Shown here: positions 21,036-34,068 of the stretch, one piece after another
How the letters are laid out: each line of letters begins with the position of its first letter
How positions within the stretch are numbered: position 1 is the stretch's first letter
Program-made: the position numbers and the translations under genes
NCBI RefSeq assembly: GCF_963921235.1
Contig: NC_086097.1
Coordinates: 255,132,001 to 255,196,000, forward strand
DNA length: 64,000 bases
From: Mobula hypostoma
Taxonomy: Eukaryota
Reading direction: 5' to 3'
Notes under the pieces: model-generated
Told to the model about the DNA's origin: nothing
Databases searched by the model: none
The model's input: only the letters and a program-made list of their open reading frames with translations

Positions 21036-23795
21036 TGACAGTTGATGCTTCAGTGCAGGGCTAATTTAGTGCCAGACCAATCGATTGGCAGAGAGAGAGT
21101 GAGAGTGTGGGGGGGGGGGGTGGGAGAGAAGCTTCCCACAGGTTGAGGAGAAGAGTTTTAAAAAAGGTACATTTCACGGGGCTTGGCGCATTCGCGGCGG
21201 ACCATTCGATTCGCAGAGAGAGAGCGAGCTTCGCACAGGTCTGGGAGAAGATTTTTTTAAAAAGGAGCATTTCGCAGGGCTCAGCACATGAGTGGCGGAC
21301 CAATTAATTCGCAATTCATTAGCAGGAGCAAATAAAAGTAAAGCAGGATCAAAGCAGAGCGGCCATTGTGTAAGAGACCAGTGTACGAGTGAGAACGTGA
21401 AGCTTTGGCTCAAGAGGATTCGGCGAGGAGGCACAGGTAAGTAGCAGGTAAGCTTTTTGTAGTGGTTGAATAAAAAGTCATTAAATTACAGCTAATTAAA
21501 TAAAGTAGGGATGATGGTGATGTGCTATAGCTGCATGATGTGGGAGCTGGCAGACCCCATTGTGGTTCCCGGTGACCACATCTGCAGCAAATGTTGGCTG
21601 CTGGAGGAACCCGGGTTCAAAGTTGATGACCTGGAATCGGAGCTTCAAACACTGCGGTACATCAGGGAGGGGGAGAGTTGAGTAGACTCTCTATTTCAGG
21701 AGGTAGTCACACCCATTAGATTAACTCCCTCAAATTCGGTTTGTACTCAGAGAAAAGAGGGTGTGACAGCGAGTGAGGCGGTTAGTTGTATCTAGGAGAC
21801 AGTGCTGGAGGAACCTCAGCTCTTGAGTTTGTCCAACAGGTCTGTGAGATTCTTGCTCCCTGTGTGGATGAGAGGGGGCTGTAGGAAGGATAAGCAACCT
21901 ATCTGTGGCACTGTAGTTCAGGGAGACATTCAAGAGGGCGAGAGAAGAGAAATGTAGCAATAATTGCGGATAGTATAGTCCAGGGGAATAGACAAAGTTC
22001 TCTGTCGCGAGGATCGATCGTCCCCAAGGCTGTGTTGCCTGCCTGGTGCCCGGGTTTGGGACATCTTATCTGACCTTCAGCGGAATTTGCAGTGGGAGAG
22101 GAAAGATCCAGTTGCTGTGGTACATGTGGGTACAAAAGATAGAATCAGGAAAGGGGTTCTGCTGTAGGAATCTGAGCGGCTTGGGACTAAATTAAAAAGC
22201 AGAACCAAAAAGGTAGCAATCTCTGGATGACCAGTTTATTCATCTGCAAGTTGGCATAGTGTCAAGAAGACTAGAGAGTTAAATGCGTGGCTCAAGGGTT
22301 GGGGTGGGAGGAGTGGAGCTGAATTCATGGGGAATTGGCAGCAGTATTGGGGAAGGAGGGACTCTGCCAACGGGACGATCTCCACCTGAACCGTGATGTG
22401 ACCTGGATCCCAGTGAATCGCATAATTAGAGTTGTGGATAGGACTTTAAACTAAATAGTAGGGGGTTGGATTCAACAAATTCAAGAAATATGGATCAAGT
22501 AAAAAAAGAAAAATGTGGCTAAGTATAAAGAAAAAACAAAAGGTAAAAAAAATGAGAAGTAAGAGTGGAGTGAAGAAAAATCAGTGTAGAAGAGTAAAAG
22601 ATTACAGGATTTTAAAAGCACAATGAGTGTAAGGGCACTTTGTTTGAATGCCCGTAGTATTCGAAACAAGATCAGTGAACTTGTGGCTCAAATCAGTACA
22701 AAGAGGTATGATTTAGTGGCCTTTAAAGAGATGTGGCTGCAGGATGGAGAGGATTGGGAATTAAATATCCAAGGATATCAGATAATATGTAACGATAGGC
22801 AGGAAGGTAAGGGAGGTGGGGTAGCGCTCTTAATTAAAGATGCAATCGGGGCAATAGTAAGAGACGATATAAGATCTAAGGTGCAGAATGTTGAATCCAT
22901 CTGGGTAGAGATTAGGAATAGTAACGGGAAAAAAAAATCACTGGTGAGAGTTCTCTTTCAGTCACCGTATAATAAGATTACAGTAGCACAGGCAATAAAC
23001 AGAGAAATATCTGAGGCATTTAAGAGTGGAACAACAGTTATCATGGGGGAGTTTAACTTGCACATAGATTGGGTGAATCAAGTTGGTCAAGGCAGTCTTG
23101 AGGAGGACTTCATAGAATGAATCCGTGATGGCTTTCCTGAACAGCATGTTACTGAACCTGCAATGGAACGTTGTATCTTAGATCTAGTCCTGTGCAATGA
23201 AACGGGTAAAATTAGTGATCTTGTAGTTCGGGATCCCTTTGGAAAGAATGATCACAGTATGACTGCGTTTCTCATACAAATAGAGGGTGCAATAGTTCGC
23301 TCTAAAACCCTTGTATTATGCCTAAACAATGGAGACTACAATGGGATGAGGGAGGATTTGGCTAGTGTAGACTGGGAACACAAGCTATATGGTGGGATGG
23401 TTGAGGAACAGTGGAAGACTTTCAAGGAGATTTTTCACGGTGCTCAGCAAAAGTATATTCCAATTAAAAGCAAGGGCAGTGGGGGTAGGGAAAGCCAGCC
23501 TTGGATAATTAAGGTAATAAAAGAAGGTGTCAAACTAAAATGTCTTGCATACAAAGTCGCCAAGAGTAGTGAGAAGCTGGAAGATTGGGAAAACTTTAAA
23601 AAGCAACAAAGAACCATAAGGCAAATAATACAGAAAGGGAAGCTGGATTATGAAAATAAACTAGCACAAAATATAAAAAAGGATCGTAAAAGATTTTGTA
23701 ATTATATAAAGAGAAAAAAAGGGGGGCTGGAGGACGAGAAGGGGGAATTGATATTGGGTAATGCGGAAATGGCACAGGCTTTGAATGACTATTTT

Positions 23796-24835
23796 CACAA
23801 GATCACAAGATCACAAGACAAAGGAGCAGAAGTAGGCCATTCAGCCCATTGAGTCTGCTCCGCAGCTCCCCCATGAGCTAACTATTCACCCACCTAGTTC
23901 CAATTTCCAGCTTTTTCCCCATATCCCTTGATACCCTGACTAATTAGATACCTGTCAATCTCCTCCTTAAACACCCTCAATGATCGGGCCTCCACAGCCA
24001 TATGTGGCAACGAATTCCACAAATCCACGACCCTCTGGCTAAAAAAATTTCTCCTTATCTCTGTTTTAACTGGGTACCTTCTAATTCTAAGACTATGGCC
24101 CCTTGTCCTGGACTCACCCACCAAGGGAAACAACCTTTCCACATCTACTCTGTCCAACCCTTTCAACATTCAAAATGTTTCTATGAGATCCCCTCTCATT
24201 CTTCTATACTCTAATGAATACAATCCAAGAGCTGACAGATGCTCCTCATATGTTAGCCCCTGCATTCCAGGAATCATCCTCGTAAATCTTCTCTGAACTC
24301 TCTCCAACATCAGTATATCCTTTCTAAGATAGGGGGCCCAAAACTGCACACAGTATTCCAAATGAGGTCTCACTAATGCCCCATAGAGCCTCATCAACAC
24401 CTCCTTACTCTTATACACTATTCCTCTTGAAATGAATGCCAACATAGCATTCACTTTCCTTACCGCCAATCCAACTTGGTGGTTAACCTTTAGGGTATCC
24501 TGCACGAGGACCCCCATGGCCCTTTGCACTTCCGATTTTTGAATTTTCTCCCCATCTAAATAATAATTTGCCCGATTATTTCTTTTTCCGAAATGTACAA
24601 TCGTACACTTGTCAACATTGTATCTCATCTGCCATTTCTTTGCCCACTCTCCTAAACTGACTAAGTCTCTCTGCAACCTTTCCGTTTCTTCAACATTTCC
24701 TGCTCCTCCACCTATCTTGGTGTCATTCGCAAACTTGGCCACAAAACCATTTAATCCATAATCCAAATTATCAATATACATCGTAAAAAGAAGCGGCCCC
24801 AACACGACCCCTGTGGAACACCCCTAGTAACCGGT
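23796..24835 (-). mobile_element. 5'-truncated CR1
   Basis: ORFs 24170..24805 and 23894..24169; (TCTTGTGA)n tail at the left end. Confidence 0.93.
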
Positions 24836-25610
24836 CATTTTGTGTCGATCTTCATGGTGGATGACATGTCTAACATGCTAAAGAGAGATGTAATGAATGT
24901 AAGGGGAGGTGAGAACCTCAATACAACAGCTATCACTAAAGCGGTAGCGCGGAACGAACTTGGAAGCCTGGAGATAGATAAGTTCTCTGGTCCTGTAGGC
25001 ATCACAGGGTACTAAAAGAAATGTCAGAAGTTATAGTAGAGGCTTTGGTAATAATTTACCAAAATTCTCTGGACTCTGGGCAGGGCATGATGGATTGGAA
25101 GATGGTGACTATCACTCCACTGTTCAAAAACGGATGTAGGCAAAAGATGGGTAACTATAGACCAGTTAGTTTAACATCTGTAGTTGGAAAAATGCTTGAA
25201 GCTATCATTAAAGAAGAAATAGCAAGGCATCTGGAAAGAAATGGATCCATCAGGCAGACACAGCATGGATTCAGCAAAGGCAGGTCCTGTTTGACAAACT
25301 TACTGGAGTTCTCTGAGGATATAACAAGCGCAGTGGACAGAGGGGAACAGATGGATGGTATTTACTGGGATTTCCAGAAGGCGTTTGACAAGGTGCCGCA
25401 TTATAGACTTAGCCATAAGATAAGAACGTATAAAGTTGAGAGTGATGGATTAGCATGGACAGAGGATTGGTTAACTAATAGAAAGCAGAGAGTTGGGATA
25501 CATGAGTATAACTCTGGTTGGCAAACAGTGGTAAGCGGTGTGCTGCAGGGGTCAGTGCTGGACTCAAAGCTGTTCACGATATTCATTCCCCATATGGAAG
25601 AGAGGACTGA

Positions 25611-26770
25611 GTGTAGAAACGTAGAAAACCTATAGCACAATACAGGCCCTTCGGCCCACAAAGCTGTGCTGAACATGTCCTTACCTTAGAACTACCTAGG
25701 CTTACCCATAGCCCTCTATTTTTCTAAGCTCCATGTATCCATCCCGGAGTCTCTTAAAAGACCGTATCATTTCCACCTCCACCACTGCCGCCAGCAGCCC
25801 ATTCCACACACTCACCTCTCCCTCTGTGTAAAAAAACTTACCCCTGACATCTCCTCTGTACCTTCTTCCAAGCACCTTAAAACTATGCCCTCTCATGCTA
25901 GCCATTTCAGCCCTGGGGAAAAGCCTCTGACTATCCACACGATCAATGCCTCTCATTATCTTGTACATCTCTATCAGGTCACCTCTCATCCTCCATCGCT
26001 CCAAAGAGAAAAGTCTAGGTTTATCAATGTATTCTCATAAGGCATGCTCCCCAATCCAGGCAACATCCTTGTAAACCTCCTCTGCACCCTTTCTATGGTT
26101 TCCACATCCTTCCTGTAGTGAGGCAACTAGAACTAAGCACAGTACTCCAAGTGCGGTCTGACGAGGGTCCTATGTAGCTGCAACATTACCTCTCGGCTCT
26201 TAAACTCAATCCCATGATTGATGAAGGCCAATGCACCATACGCCTTCTTAACCACAGAGTCAAACTGCGTAGCAGCTTTTAGTGTCCGATGGACTCGGTC
26301 CCCAAGATCCTTCTGATCTTCCACACTGCCAAGAGTCTTACCATTAATACTATATTCTGCCATCATATTTGACCTGCCAAAATGAACCATCTCACACTTA
26401 TCTGGGTGAACCCCATCTGCCACTTCTCAGCCCAGTTTTGCATCCTATCAATGTCTCGCTGTAACCTCTGACAGCTCGCCACACTATCCACAACACCACC
26501 AAACTTTGTGTCATGAGCAAATTTACTAACTCATCCCTCCACTTCCTCATCCAGGTCATTTATAAAAATCACGAAGAGAAGGGGTCCCAGAACAAATTCC
26601 TGAGGAGCACCACTGGTCACCGACCTCCATGCAGAATATGACCCATCTACAACCACTCTTTGCCTTCTGTGGGCAAGCCAGTTCTGGATCCATGAAGTAA
26701 TGTCCCCTTGGATCCCATGCCTCCTTACTTTCTCAATAAGCCTTGTATGGGTTACCTTATCAAATGCCTT
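25611..26770 (-). mobile_element. 5'-truncated CR1
   Basis: ORFs 26531..26848, 26133..26423 and 25702..26004. Confidence 0.93.
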
Positions 26771-27419
26771 GGTAGTGTATCTATGTTTGCTGATGATATT
26801 AAGTTGAGTGGAAAAGCAAATTATGCAGAAGATATGGAGAGTCTGCAAAGAGATATAGATAGGTTAAGTGAGTGGGCAAGGGTCTGGCAGATGGAGTACA
26901 ACGTTGGTAAATGTGAGGTCATCCACCTTGGAAGGAAAAATGAATGAGCAGATTATCTGTTAAATGGTTAAAAAAAATTGCAGCACGCTGCTGTGCAGAG
27001 GGACTTGAGAGTGCTTGTGCATGAATCACAAAAGGTTGGTTTGCAGATGCACCAGGCTTTCAAGAAGGCAAATGGGATGTTGACCTTCATTGCAAGAGGG
27101 ATTGAATTTAAGGGCAGGGAAGTTATGCTGCAACTGTACAGGGTATTGGTGATGCCACACCTGGATCACTGCATGCAGTTCTGGTCTCCATACTTGAGGA
27201 AGGATATACTGGCTTTGGAGATGGTGCGGTGGAGGTTCACCAGATTGATTCCAAAGGTAAGGGAGTTTGACAATGCAGAGAGTTTGTGTCACCTGGGACT
27301 GTACTCGCTGGAATTCAGAAGAATGAGAGGAGATCTTATATAAAATTATGAAAGGGATAGATAAGATAGAGGCAGGAAAGTTGTTTCCACTGGTAGATGA
27401 GACTAGAACTAGGTGACGT

Positions 27420-27867
27420 AAACTCAAGATTTTCATAGCAGTCATAGAGTCCATTCTCATGTACGGATATGAGACCAATACTATGCGAAAGTCTTTAGAT
27501 GGTTGCTATACACGAGTGCTCCGGATGGTTCTTGACATTTGTTGGCAAAAGCACATGACGAACGTCGAGCTCTATAACGACCTACCTATGCTCACCACTA
27601 AAATCGAGGTGAGAAGACTGCAATTAGCGGGGCATTGTCTATGCCACCCCGAGCTACCTGCCAGCCTAGTCATCATATGGGGGCCCAAGCACGGGAGGAT
27701 GAACCCTGGGTGCCATCCCAAGACTATGGTCAACATGCTCCTAGAAGTCAGTGGCACGGCTAATGTAGATGAACTGAACACACTGATGAGGGAGAGGGAG
27801 AAGTGGAGAGTCTGTCATTGTGCCCGACGCTGGCCCCCTAGGCCTGAGTCGACATAGTAGTAGTAGT
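27420..27867 (+). mobile_element. RTE-like LINE 3' fragment
   Basis: IESILMYGYET...LDGCYTRVLRMVL...RRLQLAGHC; (TAG)n tail; interrupts a CR1. Confidence 0.8.
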
Positions 27868-28213
27868 AACCTCATAATTTGGGGAAGTAGATGTAGGATG
27901 GAGATGAAGAGGAACTGCTTACCCCAGAGAGTGGTGAATCTGTGGAACTCTCTGCCCAATGAAGCAGTGGAGGCTACCTCAGTAAATATATTTAAGACAA
28001 GGTTGGATAGATTTTGCACAGTAGGGGAATTAAAGGTCATGGGGGAAAGACAGGTAGGTGGAGATGGGTCCATGGCCAAATGGCCTACTCCTGCTCCTAT
28101 TTCTTATGTTCTTATGTGAGCTTCAGGGGAGGAGTCAGTGATAAATCCTTTAATTGGGCAATTGTCTGGAAAGCAGGGTTAAAGAAGGCTGCTGGTATAG
28201 GCAACGAAATCAA

Positions 28214-28286
28214 TGAACCAGGTACGAGTCGCACGTACAATATTTTGCACCACAGTGAGACGCTTTATCCATTGCGCAAATGGCTC
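28214..28286 (-). pseudogene. tRNA-Arg pseudogene (unit G)
   Basis: 73-nt degenerate copy in conserved unit context. Confidence 0.72.
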
Positions 28287-28395
28287 CCACTGCTTGAATT
28301 GGACAGCTCCAAGCGGCAGGGAGCTGCAGGCAGTAGACTTGTCTCCGTAAATATTGACAGCAAGCGTCAATGTGCAGAAGCGTGCAGCCGGGTTT

Positions 28396-28482
28396 CCTTC
28401 AATAGCTCAGTTGGTAGAGCGAAGGACTGCACTCGGAAATGCAGTCACCCTTCAGTCACTGCTTGAATTCCGACTCCAACGA
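28396..28482 (+). pseudogene. Intron-containing tRNA-Tyr pseudogene (unit G)
   Basis: CCTTCAATAGCTCAGTTGGTAGAGCGAAGGACTGCA: near-canonical Tyr 5' exon, anticodon mutated, 3' half degraded. Confidence 0.8.
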
Positions 28483-29314
28483 TCGGTTCTTTTTTGTTAC
28501 ACAGACCATCGATTCAGTATCACAAAACTTCGCGGTGGCATAAGGCTGCACTCAAAAGTCCTTCGACACGTGACCAGATGGAATTCAGAAGCATTAAATC
28601 TCACAATGCCCGAGGATAGTTTATCATTCCAGAGTGCTTGGTCTTCACACATGCCGCTCTGACAGTACCAACGCTTTCACAGTTCATTGTTCTCCAGGCA
28701 ACAAGAAGATAGCACGCTTGCTTTCATAGCAAGTGTAAAATGGTAGAGGTTGCTGGAAAGGCACCGAGATAACATTCTTCAAGTCTGAATTGGCAGCCTT
28801 GAGCAGTCTCTTGGTTCAGCGGCTCCAAGTCTACACCAGCAGGTGGTGCCACAATCTGAAGTTTCGGTACGGCGTTGTAGGCCAGCCATAGAAGCAAAGG
28901 CATTTTATCGCATTGCGTTAGTTTTCGCAATTTCAAATTCACTTGTTTAGCTCAGCTGAGGTGGTACTTACTGCTCAGCTGGACTCCAACTTTGACTTTT
29001 AGCATGAGAGTTACTGCCTGCGCTGTGAAATCGAAGAGTTGGATGTCTGTTCAGTGTAAATATGGCTCTCGCCCAGGGGGAGCTCAGTGAAAACCATGGT
29101 TGCAAGATTGGCAGTGATCGTAATGTATTTCCTGCGCTTCATTGTTTGGACACAGACCAATACTCCAGTGATGGTGGTCTGCAGCCAATTACCTTTTCTG
29201 CTGAGCTGACACTTCGCTGTCGTGTGTTGTCAGAGAACGCCGCCACAAGCAAGACAGTAATGGCTGCTGTGACAATGCTCTCTGTGATAGCAGTGTAGAA
29301 TTACATCAGTATGT

Positions 29315-32290
29315 TAGAAAACATAGTAAAATGATAGAAGACCTACAGCACAATACAGGCCTTTTAGCCCACAATGTTGTGCTGAACATGTACTTACTTT
29401 AGAAATTACCCAGGGTCACCCATAGCCCTCTATTTTTCTACACTCCATGTATCTGTCCAGGAGTCTCTTAAAAGACTCTATCGTATCTGCCTCCACCGCT
29501 GTTGCCGGCAGCCCATTCCATGCACTCACCACTGTCTGCGTAAAAAAAACTAACGCAGGACATCTCGTCTGTACCTACTTCCAAGCACCTTAAAACTGTG
29601 GCCTCTCATGTTAGCCATTTCAGCCCTGGGAAAAAGCCTCTGACTATCCATAGAAAAATAGAAACATAGAAAATATACAGCATAATACAAGCTCTTCTGC
29701 CTGCAAAGCTGTGCTGAACATGTCCCTACCTTAGAACTACCTAGGCATTACCCATAGCCCTCTATTTTTCTAAGCTCAATGTAGCCATGCAGGGGCCTAT
29801 TAAAAGACCCTATCATTTCCGCCTCCACCACTGCCGCTGGCAGCCCTTTCCACGCACTCACCACTCTCTGTGTAAAAAACTTACCGCTGACATCTCCTCT
29901 GTACCTACTTCTGAGCATCTTAAATCTATGCCCTCTCATGCTAGCCATTTCAGCACTGGGGAAAAGCCTCTGACTATCCACACAATCAATGCCTCTCATC
30001 ATCTTGTACACCTCTATCAGGTCACCTCTCATCCTCCGTCGCTCCAAGGGAAAAAGGCCGAGCTCATTCAACCTATTCTCATATGGCATGCTCCCCAATC
30101 CAGGCAGCATCACTGTAAATCTCTGCTGCACACTTTCTATGGTTTCCACGTCCTTCCTGTAGTGAGGCGACCAGAACTGAGCACAGTACTCCAAGTGGGG
30201 TCTGACCAGGGTCCTATATAACTGCAACATTACCTCACAGCTCCTAAACTCAATCCCGCGATTGATGAAGGCCAATGCACTGTATGCCTTCCTAATCACA
30301 GAGTCAACCAGCGCAGCAGCCTTGAGTGTCCTATGGACTCGGACCCCAAGATCCCTCTGATCCTCCACACTGCCAAGAATCTTACCATTAATACTATATT
30401 CTGCCATCATATTTCTTTCACCTGCCAACATGAACCACCTCACATTTATCTGGGTTGAACTCTATCTGCCATGTCTCAGCCCAGTTTTGCATCCTATCGA
30501 TGTCCTGCTGTATCCTCTGACAGCCCTCCACAGTATCCACAACACCCCAACTTTTGTGTCATTAGCAAAGTTACTAACCCGTCCCCCCACTTCCTCATCC
30601 AGGTCATTTATAAAAAACACAAACAGAAGTGGTCGCGGAACAGATCCCTGAGGCACACCACTGGTCACCGGCCTCCATGCAGAATATGACCCATCTACAA
30701 CCACTCCTTGCCTTCTGTGGGCAAGCCAGTTCTGGATCCACAAAGCAATGTCCCCTTGGATACCATGCCTCCTTACTTTCTCAATAAGCCTGGCATGGTG
30801 TACCTTATCAAATGCTTTGCTGAAATCCATATACACGACATCTATGGCTCGACCTTCATCAATGTTTTTAGTCACATCCTCAAAAAATTCAATCAGGTTT
30901 GTAAGGTATGACCTGCCTTTGACAAAGCCATGCTGACTATTCCTAATCATATTATGCCTCTCCAAATGTTCATTAATCTTGCCTCTCAGGATCTTTTCCA
31001 TTAACTTGCTAATCACTGAAGTAAGACTCACTGGTCTATAATTTCCTGGGCTATCTCTACTCCCTTTCTTGAATAAGAGAACAACATCTGCAACCCTCCA
31101 ATCCTCTGGTACCTCCCCCGTCCCCATTGATGATGCAAAGATCATTGCCAGAGGCTTAGCAGTCTCCTCCCTCACCTCCTACAGTAGTCTGCTGTACATC
31201 TCATCTGGTCCCAGAGACTTATCCAACTTGATGCTTTCCAAAAGCTCTAGCACATCCTCTTTCTTAATGTCTATATGCTCAAGCTTTTCAATTCACTGTA
31301 AATCATCCCTACAATTGCCAAGATCCTTTTCTGTAGTGAATACTGAAGCAAAGTATTCATTAAGTATCTCCGCTATCTCCTCTGGTTCCATACACACTCT
31401 TCCAGTGTCACACTTAATCCGTCTTATCCTCTTTCTCTTCACAAACTTGTAGAATGCCTTGGGGTTTTCATTAATCCTGCTCGCCAAGGCCTTCTCATGG
31501 CCCCATCTGGCTCTCCTAATTTCATTCTTAAACTCCTTCCTGCTAGCTTTATAATCTTCTAGATCTCTATCATTACCTAGTTTTTCAAACCTTTCATAAA
31601 CTTTTCTTCTTGACTAGATTTTCAACAGCCTTTGTACACCATGGTTCCTGTACCCTACCATCCTTTCCATGTCTAATTAGAATGTACCAATGCAGAACAC
31701 CATGCAAATATCCCCTGAACATTTGCCTTAGTTCTGCCATACATTTCCCTGAGATGTTCTCTTCCCGGTTTATACCTCCAAGTTCCTGCCTGATAGCCTC
31801 ATAGTTCCCCTTACTCTAATTAAACATTTTTGTAACTTGCCTGTTCCTATCCCTCTCCAATGCTATGGTAAGTGAGATAGAATTGTGATCACTGTCTCCG
31901 AAATGCTCTCCCACTGAGAGATCTGACACCTGACCAGGTTCATTTCCCAATACCAGATCAAGTACAGCCTCTCTTCTTGTAGGCTTATCTACATATTGTG
32001 TCAAGAAACCTTCCTGAACACACCTAACAAACTCAACCCCATCTAAACCCCTTGCTCTAGGGAGATGCCAATCAATATTCGGGAAATTAAAATCTTCCAC
32101 CACGACAAACCTTTTATTATTGCACCTTTCCAGAATCTGTCTCCCTATCTGCAGCTTGATGTTCCTGTTACCATTGGGTGGTCTGTAAAAAACACCCAGT
32201 GAAGATATTAACACTTTCCTGTTTCTAACTTCCACCCAGAGACTCCGTAGACAATGCCTCCATGACTTCCTCCTTTTCTGCAGCCGTGAA
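29315..32290 (-). mobile_element. CR1 fragments (short 3' piece plus long APE-RT piece)
   Basis: ORFs 29748..30443, 30462..31175 and 31816..32448; two tandem 3' tails. Confidence 0.92.
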
Positions 32291-32299
32291 AGATTGTTG

Positions 32300-32726
32300 A
32301 AAGATTGGAGCGACTGGGCTCCAATACACTGGAATTTAGAAGGATGAAAGGGGATCTTATTGAAACATATAAGATTATTAAGGGATTGGACACGCTGGAG
32401 GCAGGAAGCATGTTCCCGCTGATGGGTGAGTCCAGAACCAGAGGCCACAGTTTAAAAATAAGGGGTAGGCGATTTAGAACGGAGTTGAGGAAAAACTTTT
32501 TCACCCAGAGAGTGGTGGATATGTGGAATGCTCTGCCCCAGAAGGCAGTGGAGGCCAAGTCTCTGGATGTTTTCAAGAAAGAGATGGATAGAGCTCTTAA
32601 AGATAGCGGAATCAAAGGTTATGGGGATAAGGCAGGAACTGGATACTGATTGTGGATGATCAGCCATGATCACAGTGAATGGCGGTGCTGGCTCGAAGGG
32701 CCAAATGGCCTACTCCTGCACCTATT
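32300..32726 (+). mobile_element. CR1 3' fragment
   Basis: ORF 32305..32649 plus conserved 3' UTR. Confidence 0.9.
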
Positions 32727-33032
32727 CGAAGAAGGAAGTCTGAGAGTCGGAGCGGGAGTGCGGAGGAAGACATTTTTGAATTTTTCGGGTTTTTTTTCCA
32801 TCGGCGTTCAGGGAGGCGGAACTGCGCAGGCGTGTGACGTTGGGCAGTGAAGTACAGAAGATTTAAAAGGAACAGAGCCTCATACAGTGGGCAGCGTAGT
32901 TTGCAGGCAGCGGAGTGAGCCAGGAGCAGAGTGAAGGCTTAAGGGCTTCGGCTCAATGGGCTTAGGCGGAAACGGGCGAGGCGAGGAAGGTTTGGTATTC
33001 ATTTTTTGTTGTTATTTGAGGAAAGGGGCAGT

Positions 33033-33967
33033 ATGAGTGTGAGGGCAGTTTGTTGTTCTCAGTGCCGGATGTGGGAGGCCCTGGAGTCTCCAAGCCTCCC
33101 GGACGTCCATATCTGCGCCAGGTGTGCCAAGATGCAGTTCCTAAGGGACCGTGTTAGGGAACTGGAGCTGCAGCTCGATGACCTTCTTCTGGTCAGGGAG
33201 AGTGAGGAGTCGACAGAGAGGAGTTACAGGCAGGTGGTCACACTGGGACCTCGGGAGGCAGACCAGTGGGTCACGGTTAGGAGGGGGAAGGGGAAGAGTC
33301 AGGTAATAGCGAGTACCCTGGTGGCTGTGCCCCTTGACAATAAGTACTCCTGTAAGTACTGTTGGGGGGGCCAGCTTACCTGGGGGAAGCGACAGTGGCC
33401 GTGCCTCCAGCACAGAGTCCGGCCCTGCAGCTCAGAAGGGTAGGGAAAGGAAGAGGAGGGCAGTTGTAATAGGGGACTCAACAGTAAGGGAGTCAGATAG
33501 GTGATTCTGTGGACGCAGTCCAGAGACCCGGATGGTAATTTGCCTCCCTGGTGCCAGGGTCCGGGATATTTCTGATCGTGTCCAAGATATCCTGAAGTGG
33601 GAGGGTGAGGAGCCAGAGGTCGTGGTACATATAGGTACCAATGACATAGGTAGGAAAAGGGAAGAGGTCCTGAAAGGAGAATATAGGGAGTTAGGAAGGG
33701 AGTTGAGAAAAAGGACTGCAAAGGTAGTAATCTCAGGATTACTGCCTGTGCCATGCGACAGTGAGATTAGGAATGCAATGAGGTGGAGGATAAATGCGTA
33801 GCTGAAGGATTGGATCAGGGGGCAGGGATTCAAGTTTTTGAATCATTGGGACCTCTTTTGGCGCAGGCGTGACCTGTACAAAAAGGACGGGTTACACTTG
33901 AATCCTAGGGGGACCAATAGTCCTGGCAGGGAGATTAGCGAGGGCTACTGAGGTGACTTTAAACTAG
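33033..33967 (+). pseudogene. CR1 ORF1 (Cys/His finger, coiled coil, SGNH/GDSL esterase), frameshifted
   Basis: CSQC..HICARC, VIGDS, HIGTND and DGLHLN motifs across frames. Confidence 0.88.
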
Positions 33968-34068
33968 AATGGCTGAGGGGTGGGAATCAAACTAAAGAGG
34001 CTAGGCGAGAGGAGGTTAGTTCACAACAGGGGGATGGGAACCAGTGCAGAGAGACAGAGGGGTGTAAA

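Larger units (their letters stand above)
21050..28116 (+). mobile_element. Full-length degenerate CR1 split by three younger insertions
   Basis: 5' UTR, ORF1 (CxxC, esterase), APE (ORF 22623..23120), RT (25021..25635, 26708..27343) and TTCTTATG tail. Pieces 21050-23795, 24836-25615 and 26771-28116 are collinear. Confidence 0.85.

Noticed and set aside
28396..28482. Possible tRNA-Cys from the GCA anticodon
   Set aside because: Body and position are those of tRNA-Tyr; GTA>GCA is decay in a pseudogene with a broken T arm.
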